A stretch of DNA of 25,633 nt, taken from positions 1-25,633 of the IMG/VR virus record IMGVR_UViG_3300017716_003221; one strand, 5' to 3'. Shown here in pieces: positions 25,455-25,633 of the stretch (the first letter of the stretch is position 1; the number at the start of each line of letters is the position of its first letter). This DNA comes from a virus (lineage: Duplodnaviria > Caudoviricetes). The translations under genes were made by a program, and so were the position numbers. Below the pieces are notes generated by a model. That model had not been told where the DNA came from, did not search any database, and saw only the letters and a program-made list of their open reading frames with translations.

Positions 25455-25633
25455 TTATAAATTTTCAACATAGGCTTTATGTGCATAAAACATCGCACGA
25501 ATTCTTTTAAAATCATCCGTATCTCTATTAGTTTGAAAAACTTCATCTGAATTTTCAAACCATTCTACCCATTCATCAATAGTTTTTTCTTTGCACCCAA
25601 TTTTTATAATTTTTTGATTTATTATTGAGACAC
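25455..25633 (-). CDS. 3' end of a protein with a DUF5758-like C-terminal domain (5'-partial)
   Basis: ...IKIGCKEKTIDEWVEWFENSDEVFQTNRDTDDFKRIRAMFYAHKAYVENL*. Confidence 0.7.
   Translation of the reverse strand, partial: VSIINQKIIKIGCKEKTIDEWVEWFENSDEVFQTNRDTDDFKRIRAMFYAHKAYVENL

Noticed and set aside
1-25633. Genome-wide stop-codon reassignment (TAG, TGA or TAA)
   Set aside because: All three codons end genes at sensible positions and long genes are intact under code 11

Overview
Very AT-rich, gene-dense fragment of a large (probably jumbo) tailed phage. The host is most likely a Bacteroidota member: five spaced TTG-N19-20-TAnnTTTG promoters, A-rich leaders without Shine-Dalgarno sites, and a signal peptide followed by Gln. 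The + strand block (1-19101) carries the nrdA 3' end, a MazG-like NTP pyrophosphatase, an overlapping pair of membrane coiled-coil genes, a T4-like replisome (family B DNA polymerase, sliding clamp, large and small clamp-loader subunits) with a divergent GroES/GroEL pair inserted into it, DUF3310, two GT-B glycosyltransferases and a metallophosphoesterase. A bidirectional terminator at about 19.1 kb meets a - strand block of small, individually promoted early-type genes and an unusual RNA-repair-like cluster. That cluster has a T4-type PNK, a Hen1 N-terminal domain with no methyltransferase, and a stand-alone Pnkp-type ligase domain whose motif III and IV glutamates appear lost. Other signals: two small genes each broken by one in-frame TAA, codon-level avoidance of GATC and CCAG/CTGG, a phage-specific TATATTTATA upstream motif, 35-bp identical leaders, and a degenerate 83-bp intergenic element present twice. 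All family assignments come from motif recognition by eye; no searches were run.
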